DNA from: Tubiluchus corallicola
Lineage: Eukaryota > Animalia > Priapulida
Assembly: GCA_030141605.1 (NCBI GenBank)
Contig: JAQGDQ010000390.1
Coordinates: 62,001 to 126,000 of the forward strand
Reading direction: 5' to 3'
Length of the DNA stretch: 64,000 nucleotides
Numbering within the stretch: position 1 is the stretch's first letter; every line of letters starts with the position of its first letter. The translations under genes and the position numbers were made by a program. Below the pieces are notes generated by a model, which worked only from the letters and a program-made list of their open reading frames with translations, had not been told where the DNA came from and did not search any database. Positions 37,501 through 51,900 of this stretch are shown one piece after another.

Positions 37501-39582
37501 TAACAATGACATTATACATTAACTATGACTATGGGTGAGAATTCTCTGCCAGAAAGCAAATTTGAAACAAATCAAACGTGTGGCTTTTGAATTTGAATCA
37601 AACTGAATTCGAACTAAAAAAACTCGAGCATTCGATGCTCATCCCTAAATATTACCTGGTGGTGAAATTATCCAAAAACAAAATACAGTTATTTTTCGAA
37701 TAGTTTCATCAACCGACTAATAATGGGTTAATTGTAGTTGAGTCTTTTACTTTTTCATTTACATTCAGTATACATCGCTGTGTAATTGAAAAATTAACAA
37801 ACTTAAAATCGAAAGGATTATAGACTGAGAAAATTAGCATCGAGCCAAATATAATGTATAATGGGTTAACGTAGAGTGTTGACTAATGGTGTAGTCACAG
37901 AAAACACTGTAATCAGAGGTTAATACCACTGACTGCTTTATTAACATAATCAGTATGTCCAATATAACATAAATGTCCAACAGCTCCCATAAAGTGGATT
38001 AACCTGACTGTTCAGAGCACAGGTGTATAATAACAGACAGGTGACTAGCAGGAAACAAACAGAAAAGCTGGCCAAAACCAAAAGCTTTACATTCACGTCA
38101 CAGATGGCGCCTCGTGCACGATAAGTAAGATTAACAAAAAACAAATAAAAGCTAAGTCTGCTACAAATGGATTTATACGCTACTAAATAGATACATGTAT
38201 TAGTTCGCGTTGGAAAATGCTTATTGGATAACTTGCTAACAGCCAGGACGACAAACACTTGTGGGTGTGCAGTTCGTGCAAAATGCGCATGTAAGCGAAC
38301 CGCATGTTGCACCTGTAACATTCATGCGCGTGCTAAAGACATATAGTACCAAGTCGCAGTCGGCCAGCAGCAATTGTAATTTGTGAATCTAAAAGGTTAT
38401 TAAGTTAATTATTATTAAAACAAGTAAAATAGACTGCAACAAGCAAAGCTACTTAATATAGCTGCTTGTTTTAACTAGTTTTTACAACTTATTTGGTATA
38501 ATCACAGTGGGTTAATTTCTGTAAACAATATTTAGAAATGTGTAAAAACTATCGTTTCTGTAATTTATGTATCGCACTTGGCACGGGCCTTACTTGCCCG
38601 CATGTAGTTGAAGCAGTCTGCCAAACATTTTGACCTTCGCTGAAATGACTGTCGGTAAAACTTGCAATACTAATACTAATAAAGAAAGGCAATGGTTTAA
38701 GATTTGCTTGTATGTGCTCTGAACTGGTGGCTTGCCTGTAGAAACGTCACACTCACAACTAGCACAAGGGGCCCCGTTCGAAAACAAATTTCAACGACCT
38801 TTCTCAGGCCCAATGCTATCCAAACAGAATTTTTCAAATATGTTCGAAAAATGCTAATTTTTTCTGTTATCTTCTTTGCCGGTCAGAATTTGATAGAATG
38901 GTGGTAGTCATTGTTAGAAAAACATAAATGAATTGAAGATTTAACATTGTTTTCGAATATCATTGGTCAGTTAGCAAACTCTTGAAAAATGTCCACAATT
39001 CATGTGGCTGCACATAATTTAGACAAACTTGAAAACTGTAAGTTAAACCGCATTTGTTTCGTAACTGAGTAACTAGTATTTTTATTTGTGTTAATTTTGT
39101 CTCAAATTTATAGTAATTCTTAAAAATAAGTTTCACAGTATTTCTACATGTAATATCTATGTACCGGTATTTAAATGTCGTATTTGATATATTATGCAAC
39201 CCGAAACATATTAATTATTGTTTCATTATGTCATCCCTTTTTAGTGTTGCGTTGCAGCTGAGGTTACTGACTAGGGCTGAGACGGTTAGGTTTTTCAACT
39301 AATTATTAAACATTATTAATTGCATTCGGTTAACCCCATTATATAATCATAGAAATTCGTTCAACATTGTATTTTGTCAGTATGTGAATAAATTATGAAC
39401 TTTTTTGAATATTTGAAGAATTTTTTGAACAATAAAATTAAGTTTATAAAGAAATATTTGCAATCCAGTTACCCCTCCAAATCATGCCACATTCACTCTT
39501 ACATCGGGAAATCACCACGTGTGCAAATTCAACCCCAAGTAAGCGGTGCAGATTAAATCTAGCGTGTGCCAGTGAGAATGTC

Positions 39583-39593
39583 CAACATGGCGG
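39583..39593 (+). promoter_or_regulatory. YY1-type / strong start-context motif near the probable AIFM2 5' end
   Basis: caacatggcgg(c), followed 14 nt after the A of ATG by gtaata; phase-compatible with the acceptor at 39970. Confidence 0.4.
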
Positions 39594-39980
39594 CATCCTC
39601 GTAATATACGCGATCGAAAAACTTGCAATTTACTTTTTAGATGCTTCTTAGGCAACTAGATTAATTGAAACAATATTGTAAACAGTACAATTTTATGTAA
39701 GCGGGATATTACTAAGTGCATTCGCCAACTCAGAAAATATACAAGGTTCCATTAATGTGGATACGTAGAAAACTTGGTTAAGTAATGGTTAAATGGTTAG
39801 TGATTCTCTAAATGGTTTCACTAGTTAGCGGTCAGTTAAATGTTTAAACGGCTAACTGTCTCAACATTATTACTAACTAGCTCGTTTGAGCTCTGACTAT
39901 TGTCCTGTTTTTCTGTTAATATTGTTTACTTGTTAAACCGCTGTTACGTAAAAGTTTGTTTTTCTGACAGGTTCTCAATC

Positions 39981-42900
39981 ATGTTGTCTTCAAAAATGTT
40001 TCGGTATGCCGCTGGCACAGTGGCTGCAGCTGGGACAGCGTACTTGGTGTACACCTGTGGTAAGAATTTGCTGCATTGCTAAGTGTTGTGCTAAGAGGAT
40101 TATTAGTTATTAGATTAAATTAGATTAAGAAATCAGCACATGTATTAAGTTATGTATGGCACAAACAATGTGAAATCTGTCTGCAATAACTTGTCTAACA
40201 CAGAGCTATAATCACCTGCAGGCTCAGTAAATGCTGTTTTACAAACTTTGTTATACATGGATTTTTATTAAACATGTTTGATTTTCTGACTTAAAGTAAA
40301 CCCATCCTGCTCACATGTGCAGGTTTGGTCCAAAAATTTGTATCAGATCAACAGAAAGCAGTCATTTTGTCACGTTTCAACTAATAGTTTACTGAGGTTA
40401 TCCATGAGACAGTTTGCTTCATACAAATATTGCCACGTGCGGGCAGTTTTTGTCTTAGATGTTTTTTTGCATCTGATAATTTGTTACAGACAGATTTTTT
40501 TATTATGCGGAGCTAGTGGGTTATTAGGGTTGCATTTTCTGCTAGTGTTTATTGATGCAATTTCAACATTACATGTGAAACTGACTCAAATAAAACCCGT
40601 AAAAGATTTGCCTATAAATCTAACAAGTTCTTCAGCATCCATTTTTTGCAGAAATCTTATCTTTCTTTAGTTGTTTAATCAACTTTCACAGTATGAAACT
40701 CCATGGGAATTTAAATGTACTTTACACGTTAAATGATGGATCAGATGGATCTTGTTACTTGTTAACTGGTATTCAATATTCAAAATGTGTTTTGGTGTTG
40801 CATGTTACACTTTATAACTAAATGCATACTGCAAAAGTTTTATTCTGAAATTTGACCTTCTGAATTTTAGCAAAAGTGACAAGAGAGTTTGTGACATTTC
40901 AGTATATTGTTAGCCATCTAACAAACATCCCAATATCAATAATGAGTGGTTTTTCTCACTTTTTGAAGATAAGCCAAATATCCTAAAGACTTGCAAATTG
41001 TGATGGGCTGATCAAAATTTTGTATCGAGCCGATCAACTTTGCTGTTCACTGATATCGATCGATAACAAGTCAGATAAAATATGTAGATCTATATTGCTG
41101 TTATAAAAATTATATTTAAACTACGTTGTCTTATCAGTTATTTTACATGTCAAATACCCACAAGACTCCAATAATGAAATTTCGTTTTTTAACTGTAATC
41201 AGTTATTTGATTTTAGGGCTTTATTAACTTTATCAATAAAGTAAAATAAAAGCCAAAATGTTAATGGAACTTTGAAGTCTTGCCGAACTACCTGAATTAA
41301 TAATTTCTATGTTAGGGGGCAACAATTTTCACCTCCTGGCCAAAGAATCAGAGTACATTCACAGATCCATAAAGCATACCTGAGTCATAAAAAAATTAAT
41401 AAGTTTTCATTCATCTTCACTGCAAACCAGCACGTTGTCTGAACACAAAATTTAGCAAGGTGGTGTGAAATAAGCAGCTCAGCAAAAGCAGTTGAATGAT
41501 CCAATCTCTTTTTAACAAAAATTCGCTGCATGTGTCTTTAAGCATGGTGAAATTTCACCAGGAAGGCAATTGAACGAAGTATGGTTGCCACCTGCAAATA
41601 ATTTTGCCATAACAGTACGATAAAGTTGTCATTTTACATTTTCTTATGAATTCAGCAATTTTTATGACGTGATCGGTTCAATTGTTTATTGAACTGATCA
41701 GTGTTTTCAAGCTGAGCCAACGAGAACTTGATCACTGACCACTGATTGGCTTGATTCATCACTGCAGTATTTTTTAACCATTGGACTGTAATAAGCCAGA
41801 ATTGACAAACCTTTGTAAACAGCTAATTAACTGAAGGAAGAAGGTTTCGAAACCTTGTGCTGTCAATTAGGATTTGAACCAAGAACCTTCGGGTATCAGG
41901 TCTCGTGCTTTACCATCGAGCTGTCAACCCACATGGCTTTACTACTCTCATACTAGTGTTAATAGAGTTCCCTCTCATACGAAGGGGGAATTCTCATACT
42001 AGTATTACATCATCTGTCAGAGCCACCTATCCACAATAAGGTGAAACTAACTAATTGATCAATGTGATCAGACATTTACAATTTCCTGCTGCATACACGA
42101 TATTGAAACTTGGTGAATGGACAAAGTAAATAATCACGTCATATCAAGTTTTATCATCGCAAGTAAACATCACAGTTTTTCATATCTGGCACAACGTTAA
42201 ATGATGGTGACGACTAAAAATATAAAAATGTTGCTCAATTCGAAACGTAGTCATTCCAGTACTTTTCCATTACCTCATACCATTAGCAATATTACATTCG
42301 GGCAGAGGACATTCGAGTTACATAGTAATTGATCAGCTACAGACTTGTGTCTCAGGGACATTTTGCCAAGAGTTCTTTCTTTGTACATTAAAATTATGTG
42401 CGTATCAACATTAACATCTTATGAACTGATAAGGTGAATTGTAAAAAGGTGCTCAAAAAGTAATTTGAGGTAACTTGAGTAATTTAAGTAAAAACATTAT
42501 GTACAGTAGACTGAGCTTTCAACTATTTGCCAATTCATCGTCTTCCTTTCTGGTCTTTATATATTGTTCGCAACTGAAAACCTGTAATTGAAATTAAAGT
42601 CTTATTCTACTACAGTAGTATATGTGCACATTAGTACCATTCATATATAATTTTTTTTCTTCCTATAAAATATAGTCCTGTCTCATTACACCCTCTCTCC
42701 AGATTTTTAGAAGTGGGTTTCCTGTTTACGAAAATGGGTTCAAAGCCGGCCAAGAACTTCTCAATTACCAAGAGTGATATGCGAATAGGGTGAAGACTAA
42801 ATGAACCCAAGACGCAGTCGCCCTCTTGTGGAGTTTGATACCATCGTTCATGCCAAATGAGCGTACCGTTGTCTTTCAATGACTTATAAATGTTTTGAAG

Positions 42901-45900
42901 ATATTCTAAGGCGTCGTGCACATGTTCTATAACATTTATGCTAACAAGAGAATCGAACGTTCCGGGTTTGGAAAAGGCTTCACCAGAAGAAGAAACAATG
43001 GTGGTGGAATAATTGAGAATTCGTCCATTTTTGTACGCGCATTCTTTTACACTTTTCATATATTCATCTGCCATGGGTTCAACTAACGTTATGTGTCTTA
43101 AGCTTGAAGTGGGCTTTGTCTGGATCATATATAAAATTTGCGTAAATGGTCCTGCACCAATTTCCGCTAAGTTGCCAAGATTCAGTGGCACGTGCTTGTA
43201 ATTTGAGAAGCCTTCCTGGTGCTCATCTGCCCGATCATTGTGTTGACCTTTACTGTTTTTCCACAGTAGAAATTCTTTCTCCTGCGCTTTTTTCCAGAGC
43301 ATCATCGGAATTTGGACAATTCCTGTTGCTGGATGTGCAAAACAAACTGGGGAGACTGACGTTTCTGCCATGAATTTGTCAAAAGTCAAAGTTTCACCTA
43401 AATTTGGACACTGGATCTGTATTTTTTGTCTTACGGATATTTTCTCACAACAGTGTTCACCTGTATATCCAGGATTACAAAAGCAGTAATTGAAGTACCA
43501 CCTACCACGTGGACAGGTGCACAGTGATTTGTTATCTAGATGCAACTGAGCATCCACACTGCAGCTTGAAGCAGGTCTGTAGGTTGCCCATTGATACATC
43601 TTACTCATGCCAAATATTCCAAAGCAAATCAGCATGCAAGCAGAAAAACCATGTGGTTTTAACAAAGCTATCGCTTGTGCTCTCATTATTTATCACTTAC
43701 AAAACTTTGTTGCAATGACGTTCTGGTATTACTGCCACATACTCTTCACGATGTAGGTCTTCAAAAGTGTTGTAACGAATGGTTTCTTATTTCAACAAAG
43801 GAAAGCTATACCTAGGAGACCATAGAACCTGCACTGTTATAAATCAGTTATGAACTGCCCATATGTGCTAATTACTAAAGCAAAGAAAACGAAGGTATTG
43901 ACCATAATTATCAATTATTTATTATGACAGAATATTCATGAATTACTCTGTCTAATAATGTTTTTCAGAGACATTTTTGTTGCTTCTTATATCCATATGC
44001 GAAGTACATACCAAAGTACATACCTTGCACATACCAGATCCATCTTTAAAAACCTTTGTCTACTTAAACGGCAGCATTTTGTAACTGTGAGGCAATTAAA
44101 ATTTTATTTTGATTTATGTAATTATTTACTCCCTACTTACTTTTACTTTGTACCTATTACAAGAGGTACAGATTTCCACTCGTATAATACTCGTTATAAA
44201 TATATAATATGTCCACCTGTTCAAGAACATATGACTTAAGTATATTATTTATGCATTAGTGTCCAATACTCCACAGCTAATCATTAGTAAGGTTTTTACT
44301 CAGTATTACCATGGATTAAAAAAGCATAGTAAAAATTTCTTTTTGGACACATATTTCTTCTCTTCTAATATTATTAATTGTAACTGTAATCATTTTTAGC
44401 TTAGTTAGCAGTATACATGACTGCTGAACTGACATGTTTTTTCTTTGTTTAATAATGCATCTAAAATAGTACCGTTTCATTGTTATCTGCATTTACTACG
44501 TAACCCTGTAATTGGTTCACTGTACTTTGGGTGGCCTGTACGTTATGTGGTGGTCTGTTCACCTTGTACAGGACTCCCTGGTCAATTTATTCTGTTGTAT
44601 CTTTGCTTTTGTTATTGTGTTAATTTGTTGTTATGGTTAAAATAAATGAATAAATATCATATGCTATAATGGCATCCTTTTATGTGTGTGTTTGCTTTCC
44701 TGTTCTTTCATTTGATAGTCACCTGTTTATGTACCATTATCTATTTGTTCATTTATTCATTTATTTGTACTTTAAGCAAGCCTGTGGCCTGTTACGATTA
44801 CTGTCGTAATTGATTGCAAAATTTGCGCCAATTGTAATTGAAATCGGTTTTGTATCTAGTCTTGTAATCAATGTAATCGTTTTCTGTAATCATTTTAAAA
44901 AGAATAATCCCACATTTTTTAAATTTATGCTAATAAAATAGTGTTTACCAGCTTTAGTTTTATTCTTCACATATTTTTCTTTTTTCCGCATACCAAGGAT
45001 GCCTTTCACTAGTATGCTCACTTCTTAGGCATCCTACTTGCATACTTGTTTTTCTTTTTTAACCTTTGATACTGTTTTTCACTGTTATAACTGTTTTTCA
45101 ACATGTATGTGACATGTAGATCTAATAAACTATGAACTGAACTATGACTTTGAAATCGTAACTCTCGGTTTATAACATTCTGACATGTCTGTCGACAGTA
45201 GGTGTACTATATTTGTCAAATTAAAATTGCTACTAAGCTACTTTCTGAAACATGTTTCGTCTGTTTTAGTGCGTGGGCGTCGGCTAGCTCTGCAAGCAGC
45301 AGAACTGCCTAATAAGCACGTCATAATTGTTGGAGGAGGTTATGCAGGAGCCAACTGTGCTATGGGCTTGAAAGGCAAGATGAAGGTTAGTAAGCACTCT
45401 CTTACACTTATTAATTTTTTTACTTTTGTCCAGCATTGATTCTAAGAAAGGTGTTTTAAAGGAAAAGGGGCCATCCAGATATAACGATATCAAGCGCTAG
45501 TGCCTGTCTAACTAGAGAATCGTGAAATGCGTACAACAGAAAAGAATTAGCCATGCAAATGTGAAAATACGTTTATGTGATAATAATTCTTTCACGTAAG
45601 TCATTCTTGAAAAAATTGTATATTCCCTTTCAATATTTTGTAAGAGTAAGTTGTATTGAGCATTAGTATGAGATTGTGTCCGGTTTTCCTTTTAACTGGT
45701 CTGTGTTTAAAATTTTTACATGGTTTGCTGTTTACCAGTATAATGAACTTACAGGCATTTATATTGTCTTAGGTATTTAAAAATATGTTTAACAGTTTAA
45801 ACTGAACCTGGATTTTAATTTTTGCACTCGTAACCCAAAGGTCCCGGTTCAAGTCCAAGCTCAGATCTGACTTTTTCATATTTACTTATTTTCGTTCAAG

Positions 45901-48900
45901 TCTAAATTTTGTTGTAATTATTGGTGCATTCCATTATTATAAGTAATGTAAATAATTAATTTACCTTTCTGCAATATTGATTTTTATTTCTAGTACACGT
46001 TAGTTGATGCCAAAGATAAATTTCATCACAACTGGGCAGCTATGAGATCCTGTACAGAAGCAGGTAGTCACTTTTATTTTCATTTTCTGTGAATTGTTTA
46101 AAAACTAGTAAAGATGTACGAAAAACACCATAAACAGGGAGCCTGCATGCATAATCTGTGTAACTGCGAGCATGAACTTTTGATGTGATGCAGTGTTGGG
46201 CTTGATTAGTAAATGGGTGGATGATTGTTTTTGGACAGTTTTAACAGCAATACTGCATCCGGCTATCTATATCATTGAGAGAGGATGTCCTTCCACAACC
46301 ATCAACATAGTAATAAATAGTCCTGTTGTTTCACAGCGCTGAACTTTACAAAAATTGTGCTCTCAAATTTGTCACTGGAATTGTTTAATGTGTAGTATTA
46401 TTAATTATGTACTTGGTCACATTACTATAAGTAGACCTGCATGATACTCTTTTTTGCATTATGCCATTCCTTATGGCGCATTCAGATTAGACAGTTTTCT
46501 CTCGCAAGTTCTATCTGAGAGTAAACTTGCAAGTGTGAACGGTTTGGCAAGTTCTCTCTGAGAGTAAACTTGCAAGTGTGAACGGTTTTGCAAGTTTTCT
46601 CTGAGAGTAAACTTGCAAGTGTGAACGGTTTGGTAAGTTCTCTCTGAGAATAAACTTGCAAGTGTGAACGGTTTGGCAAGTTCTGTCTGAGAGTAAACTT
46701 GCAAGTGTGAACGGTTTGGCAAGTTCTCTCTGAGAGTAAACTTGCAAGTGTGAACGGTTTGGCAAGTTCTGTCTGAGAGTAAACTTGCAAGTGTGAACGG
46801 TTTTGCAAGTTCTCTCTGAGAGTAAACTTACAAGCACAAGAATTTGTGAGAGAACTTCCAAAGCTGTTCACACTTGCGAGTTTACTGATTGAAAGAACTT
46901 GCACAAGAACTTGCGAGAAAACTCTCTATAATGAACGTTCCATTAAAGTCATTGTACACATTAGAGTTTTTTATGCAATTGTTATAATCAATCACTTTAT
47001 TGTAAATTTGCTTTAGATTTGTTAGAGATGTTTCTGATTGATATCTAAATATCTTATCAAATTTTATCAGTCTTTTGATTCTTTACATTGCATTCAAGGT
47101 TTTGCGCAGAAAACGTTCATACCTTACGAACCTTTGTTCAGTGATGATTTTCTACGTGCAAAAATCGTAAACATTGACACAGAAAACAGGACAGTAAAGG
47201 TAACATGATTAGTCTTGCATGTAGCTTCTCAGTTGTGTTGCTTTAGTCTAGGTTAGACTTCGTTTTAGTTTGTCTAAACATTTGTTGGCATGCTAGTTTA
47301 ATTATTGAAAATACTTTGTGAACAACAAAGATATGTGCCTTGAAATTACCATTCGTGTGAAAAATTCATTGTGTTCCTGATCAAATCAAATGTTCCAGAT
47401 GCATTAATCATTATTAGATAAAGTAAACATGTTTTGACATTAATGGCTTTTCTCTACATTAATTTCTTTAAAAACTTGAGAAGTATATGTATTCTTTCTG
47501 CTTGCAACATGCATATGAAACATTACTTGTTGTTCTGTTTTTTGCAAAAATAAATGATCATTGTGCTCAAAAATGGCTAAAGCACGATTTACCTGGCATC
47601 CGGAATATGTATGCAATATGCAGATGTGGAATAGATAAAATTGGTTTATATTGTTTTCAATGCACCTGTTTGTCAGACTGCGTTTTTTTTCTGCAGCCTT
47701 TTCCTATTGATTTTTTATATATGCAGCTATTCCGCAAGTAGGTAACGCATTCCGGATGCGAGGTGAACGCCACTTAAAGGGTAAACTTGGCATCATCTGA
47801 GATAGTCAAATTGTTGGACACTGTTTTTAGAGTTTTAAGTCTAATCTGTGCCATCAAGATGTATTTGAATGTGATTGTTATCTTGCTTAGCCATTCTTTT
47901 AACTTTTATGTGCTTTTATGGTTATCAAGAATATTTTGAGCATTTTTAAAGCTACGGAAATTACAATGTCTTTTAGTTTTTTCTGAACATTCATTACTAG
48001 TGGTTTAACCTTTTTGAGTGATGTGTGGATTTTCCTGGATATAACCTGTGCAAGGTTATACCAGGAGACCACGTAGCAGCACAGCACCGCCTGATGGTTA
48101 TGGATCTCACCATAGCTGTTACACGTAGGCAGAAAAGGAAAGTCATGACGGAGAAAAGGATTAAATGGTTCAAACTAAAAGAGCAGAGACTTAAACAACT
48201 CTTTAAAGACAGATTGCTCAGAGAGGTGGACTACGAAATGGAAGAAATAAACGAATGGTGGAACAGGCTGAGTGAAAATATTATAAGGACTGGAAAAGAA
48301 ATTCTCGGGGAAAGTAGTGGTAAAATATGGGAGAACAGAGAAACATGGTGGTTTGGAGAAGAGGTGCAGCGGAAAGTAAAAGAGAAGAAAATGGCAAAGA
48401 AAAGATGGGAAGAAACCAAGTTGGACAGGGACAGAGAGTATTACAAACAGTGTTGCAAGGAGACGAAAAGAACTGTAGCTGTAGCAAAAGCGGAGGCGTA
48501 TGACAACCTTTATGAAGAAATAGACACCAAGGAAGGACAGGGGAGAGTTTTCAAGTTGGCGAAGCTGAGAAATAAGAGTACAAAGGACATTAGGCATATA
48601 AGGCAGATCAAAGATGAAAGGGGGCAAGTAATACGAAAAGAAAGCGATGTCCTGAGGAGGTGGAAGGAATACTACGAGAAGCTGCTGAACGAGGAAAATG
48701 AAAGACTGGTTAGGGATGATGGAGAACCGAATGAACTGGAGGTAACAGAGGTGACAAGACAGGAGGTGGAATTAGCATTAAAGAAAATGAAAAATGGCAA
48801 ATCTACGGGACCTGACGGAATACCGGTGGAAGTTTGGAAAGTCTTAGGAGAAGAAGGGATTGACATACTGCACCAACTGATGAGAGAAATAGTGGAGAGA

Positions 48901-51900
48901 GAGGTAATCCCGGAAAAATGGAGAGAAAGTACTCTGATACCGATTTTTAAGGAGAAGGGAGACATCCAGGACTGCGGAAATTATCGGAGGACTTGGAACG
49001 GTTGACGGTATATTCACACTTCGACAGAATATAGAGAAACACCAGGAAAAGCAAAGGGCACTACATATAGCTTTCATAGATCTAGAGAAAGCATATGATA
49101 GGGTACCACGGCAAGAAGTGTGGAGAGGTCTGAGGGAGAGAGGAGTGCTAGAAAAATATGTAAGAATAGTCCAAGAATGCTACAAGAACGTGACAACTAA
49201 AGTCCGGAGTACAGTTGGTATAACAGACAGTTTCCAAGTAAAAGTCGGCTTACATCAAGGATCGGCACTAAGCCCCCTACTGTTCAACATAGTGTTTGAT
49301 GTCATCACAGAGAGTGTAAGGGGAAATCCACCATGGTGTGTTTTGTATGCGGATGACATCGCTATAGTGGCTGAGAGTAGAGAAACACTGGAAGGAAAAT
49401 TAGAAGCATGGAGAGCCGCTTTGGAGAGCAGAGGAATGAGGATAAGTAGATCCAAAACGGAGTATCTTACGACAGACATGAATGGGGATCAACGAGAAAC
49501 AATAAGATTGAACGGGGCAGAGTTGAAAAGAGTAAAGACCTTTAAGTATCTGGGTTCAATGATAGATGAGACTGCAGGAATGGAAAAGGAGGTGAATTTC
49601 AGGATTCAGTGTGGTTGGAATAACTGGCGAAAAGTTTCGGGTGTGATATGCGATAAGAGGATTCCAGCGAGACTTAAAGGTAAAGTTCACAAAGCAGTGG
49701 TCAGACCCGCCCTAATATATGGGCTGGAAGCAGCACCTCTAAAGAAGACCGAAGAGAAGAAAATGGATGTGGCAGAGATGAGGATGTTGAGATGGATGGT
49801 GGGAGTAACAAGAAGGGATAAAATCAGGAATAGTAATATTAGAGGAACAGTGAAAGTAGTGGAAGCCTCGAAAAAGATACAAGAGGCAAGATTGCGATGG
49901 TATGGGCACCTGAGAAGGAGAGTCGGGGAAGATCACGTGGGAAGGGAGGCCATGGAAATGGAAGTGCTGGGAAACAGAAAAAGAGGACGACCCAAGCTGA
50001 GATGGTTTGAATGCATAAACGGAGACCTTAGAGAGAAGAACATAAATGAAGAGATGGTCAACAACAGGAATGCATGGAGAAAACTTATTCACAACGGCGA
50101 CCCCGCATAGGGAAAAGCTGAGAAGAAGAAAAGAAGAGTGATGTGTGGATTATTAATTGAGTGTTCAACATTTTTCTTTCATTTTGTAATTGCAGTTTGG
50201 CAATGCATTAATTTCTATTGAGGTTTCTTTTCAATCATAACCACTTATTTTGTGTGATGCATACTTCTAACATTTGATTTCATTATTTTGTGACTTCATG
50301 GACAAGAAAGTTGGTTATGTTATTAACTGTTTGCTCTTAAGTGACAATTTTTGTTTGATTTCTTCCAAATGCTTTACTCAGCAATTCACCAATTTCAATT
50401 AAGAATTTTGTTATGATTTTACTTGCATATTTCTTTCAATTATAGTTTATTGCACTTTTTCATTTACTTTAAATAAAGATTTCCCATCACACAAATGTTG
50501 TCTTTCTAAATAAAGTTTTTGAACCTACACATCTTAGTGCTCTGCGCAGTACTTAGATTGTATCACTTCTTAGTTGGAAGATGGCAAAGAGTTAAAATAC
50601 GACTACCTGGTGGTTGCTACGGGAACAGGAGGACCATTTCCGGGGAAACTTCCTCTGGGAGTAGATTCAGAAATGGCTGTGAAATCATACACTGCGATAC
50701 ATGAGAAGGTAAAACAATGTTTCGGCTAACAGCAATGGAATCATCCATTTTTATTTTTTATTTTCTCAGGAATGAAAGACGTTACCAGGTGACATTTTTC
50801 CGTGTGGTTGGGTAGTGCGTGTTTAGTCGCTAATGTATTCTCTTCATGCATACTAAAGATTTGTGTGCAGAAGTTATTCAGTTGGGAGAAGAGGACCACG
50901 ATACAAAGCCCCCAAAAACTTAGCTTGAAATTTTACATCGTGTCCATTTAATCTCGCTGCTACAAAAGTCGCATTTCTAGAAGCACCAAATTTAAATTCC
51001 AGTGGTAACTATTAACACGGTCCTTATTGGGTAAGATACTGAAGTGGTTGTTGTTAGTACATTTACATTCTGAAAAAACTAGTGAAACAACTGTGAATGT
51101 GCAAATTATTGTGTTAAAATTTGTGAATAAGCTTAACAAAAACTATTTTTCCGAGTTACTGATGCATGCTGGGATTGTGGATTTCTGATGTCTTGGTCAC
51201 TGACATGACGTCAGTTGTCGTGAATGCTAACTTGACTACGATTCATGTAAAATTGTAAATAACTAGAAATATTTTCTGTTAACCTGAGTTTCAGCAATTT
51301 TTCGAGACTGTAAAACAGATCTTTTAAATTTTCTTCGCATTATTCTAATTGTCGAATAGCAGCAGAGTGCATACAGGGTCTTTCAACCCATAAGAGTCAT
51401 GTGTGAGAGTGTATGCAGAGATAATTGTTACCTGCCTGCATGTCTGTGTGTTATTTCTTCTTTTAACCTTGAGATTTGATAATTCTTGGCTTTAGCATGC
51501 TAATCCCACGTTGATAGTATCTAAATTTTGAAAATTATGAAGATATTATTCTCATCAACAACTTTCATCCATTTTCGCATTTTTGTGTTTTCATCACCAT
51601 TTTTTTCTTTCTTTAAAGTATGTTTTTTGTGTTCATTTTTGCCATTTGTTAAGTTAACACTGACAAGTTTTCTTGTAGGGTTGACTTGATGTGTCTTCAT
51701 GTGCTGATGATTTATAAATTTTGTATGTTACATGTTACATATTATTCAGCATGTACACATTGGCATTGTATATAATAAACCTAGTCTAATGTAACATACT
51801 GCAATTAATTTTACTCTGTAGTACAAATATACCTGTATTGTATGCTACTATATTTTTATTGTGTGTTGTATCTCTAATGCGAAATGAAGAGAAAAAATAA

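Noticed and set aside
41860-41935. Functional tRNA gene
   Set aside because: A and B boxes are present but no acceptor stem pairing; treated as SINE or pseudogene.
46471-46904. Three overlapping repetitive ORFs
   Set aside because: Artefact of a 43-bp stop-poor unit cycling through frames inside a MITE.
48175-50092. - strand ORFs across the LINE
   Set aside because: Antisense shadows of the purine-rich RTE coding strand.
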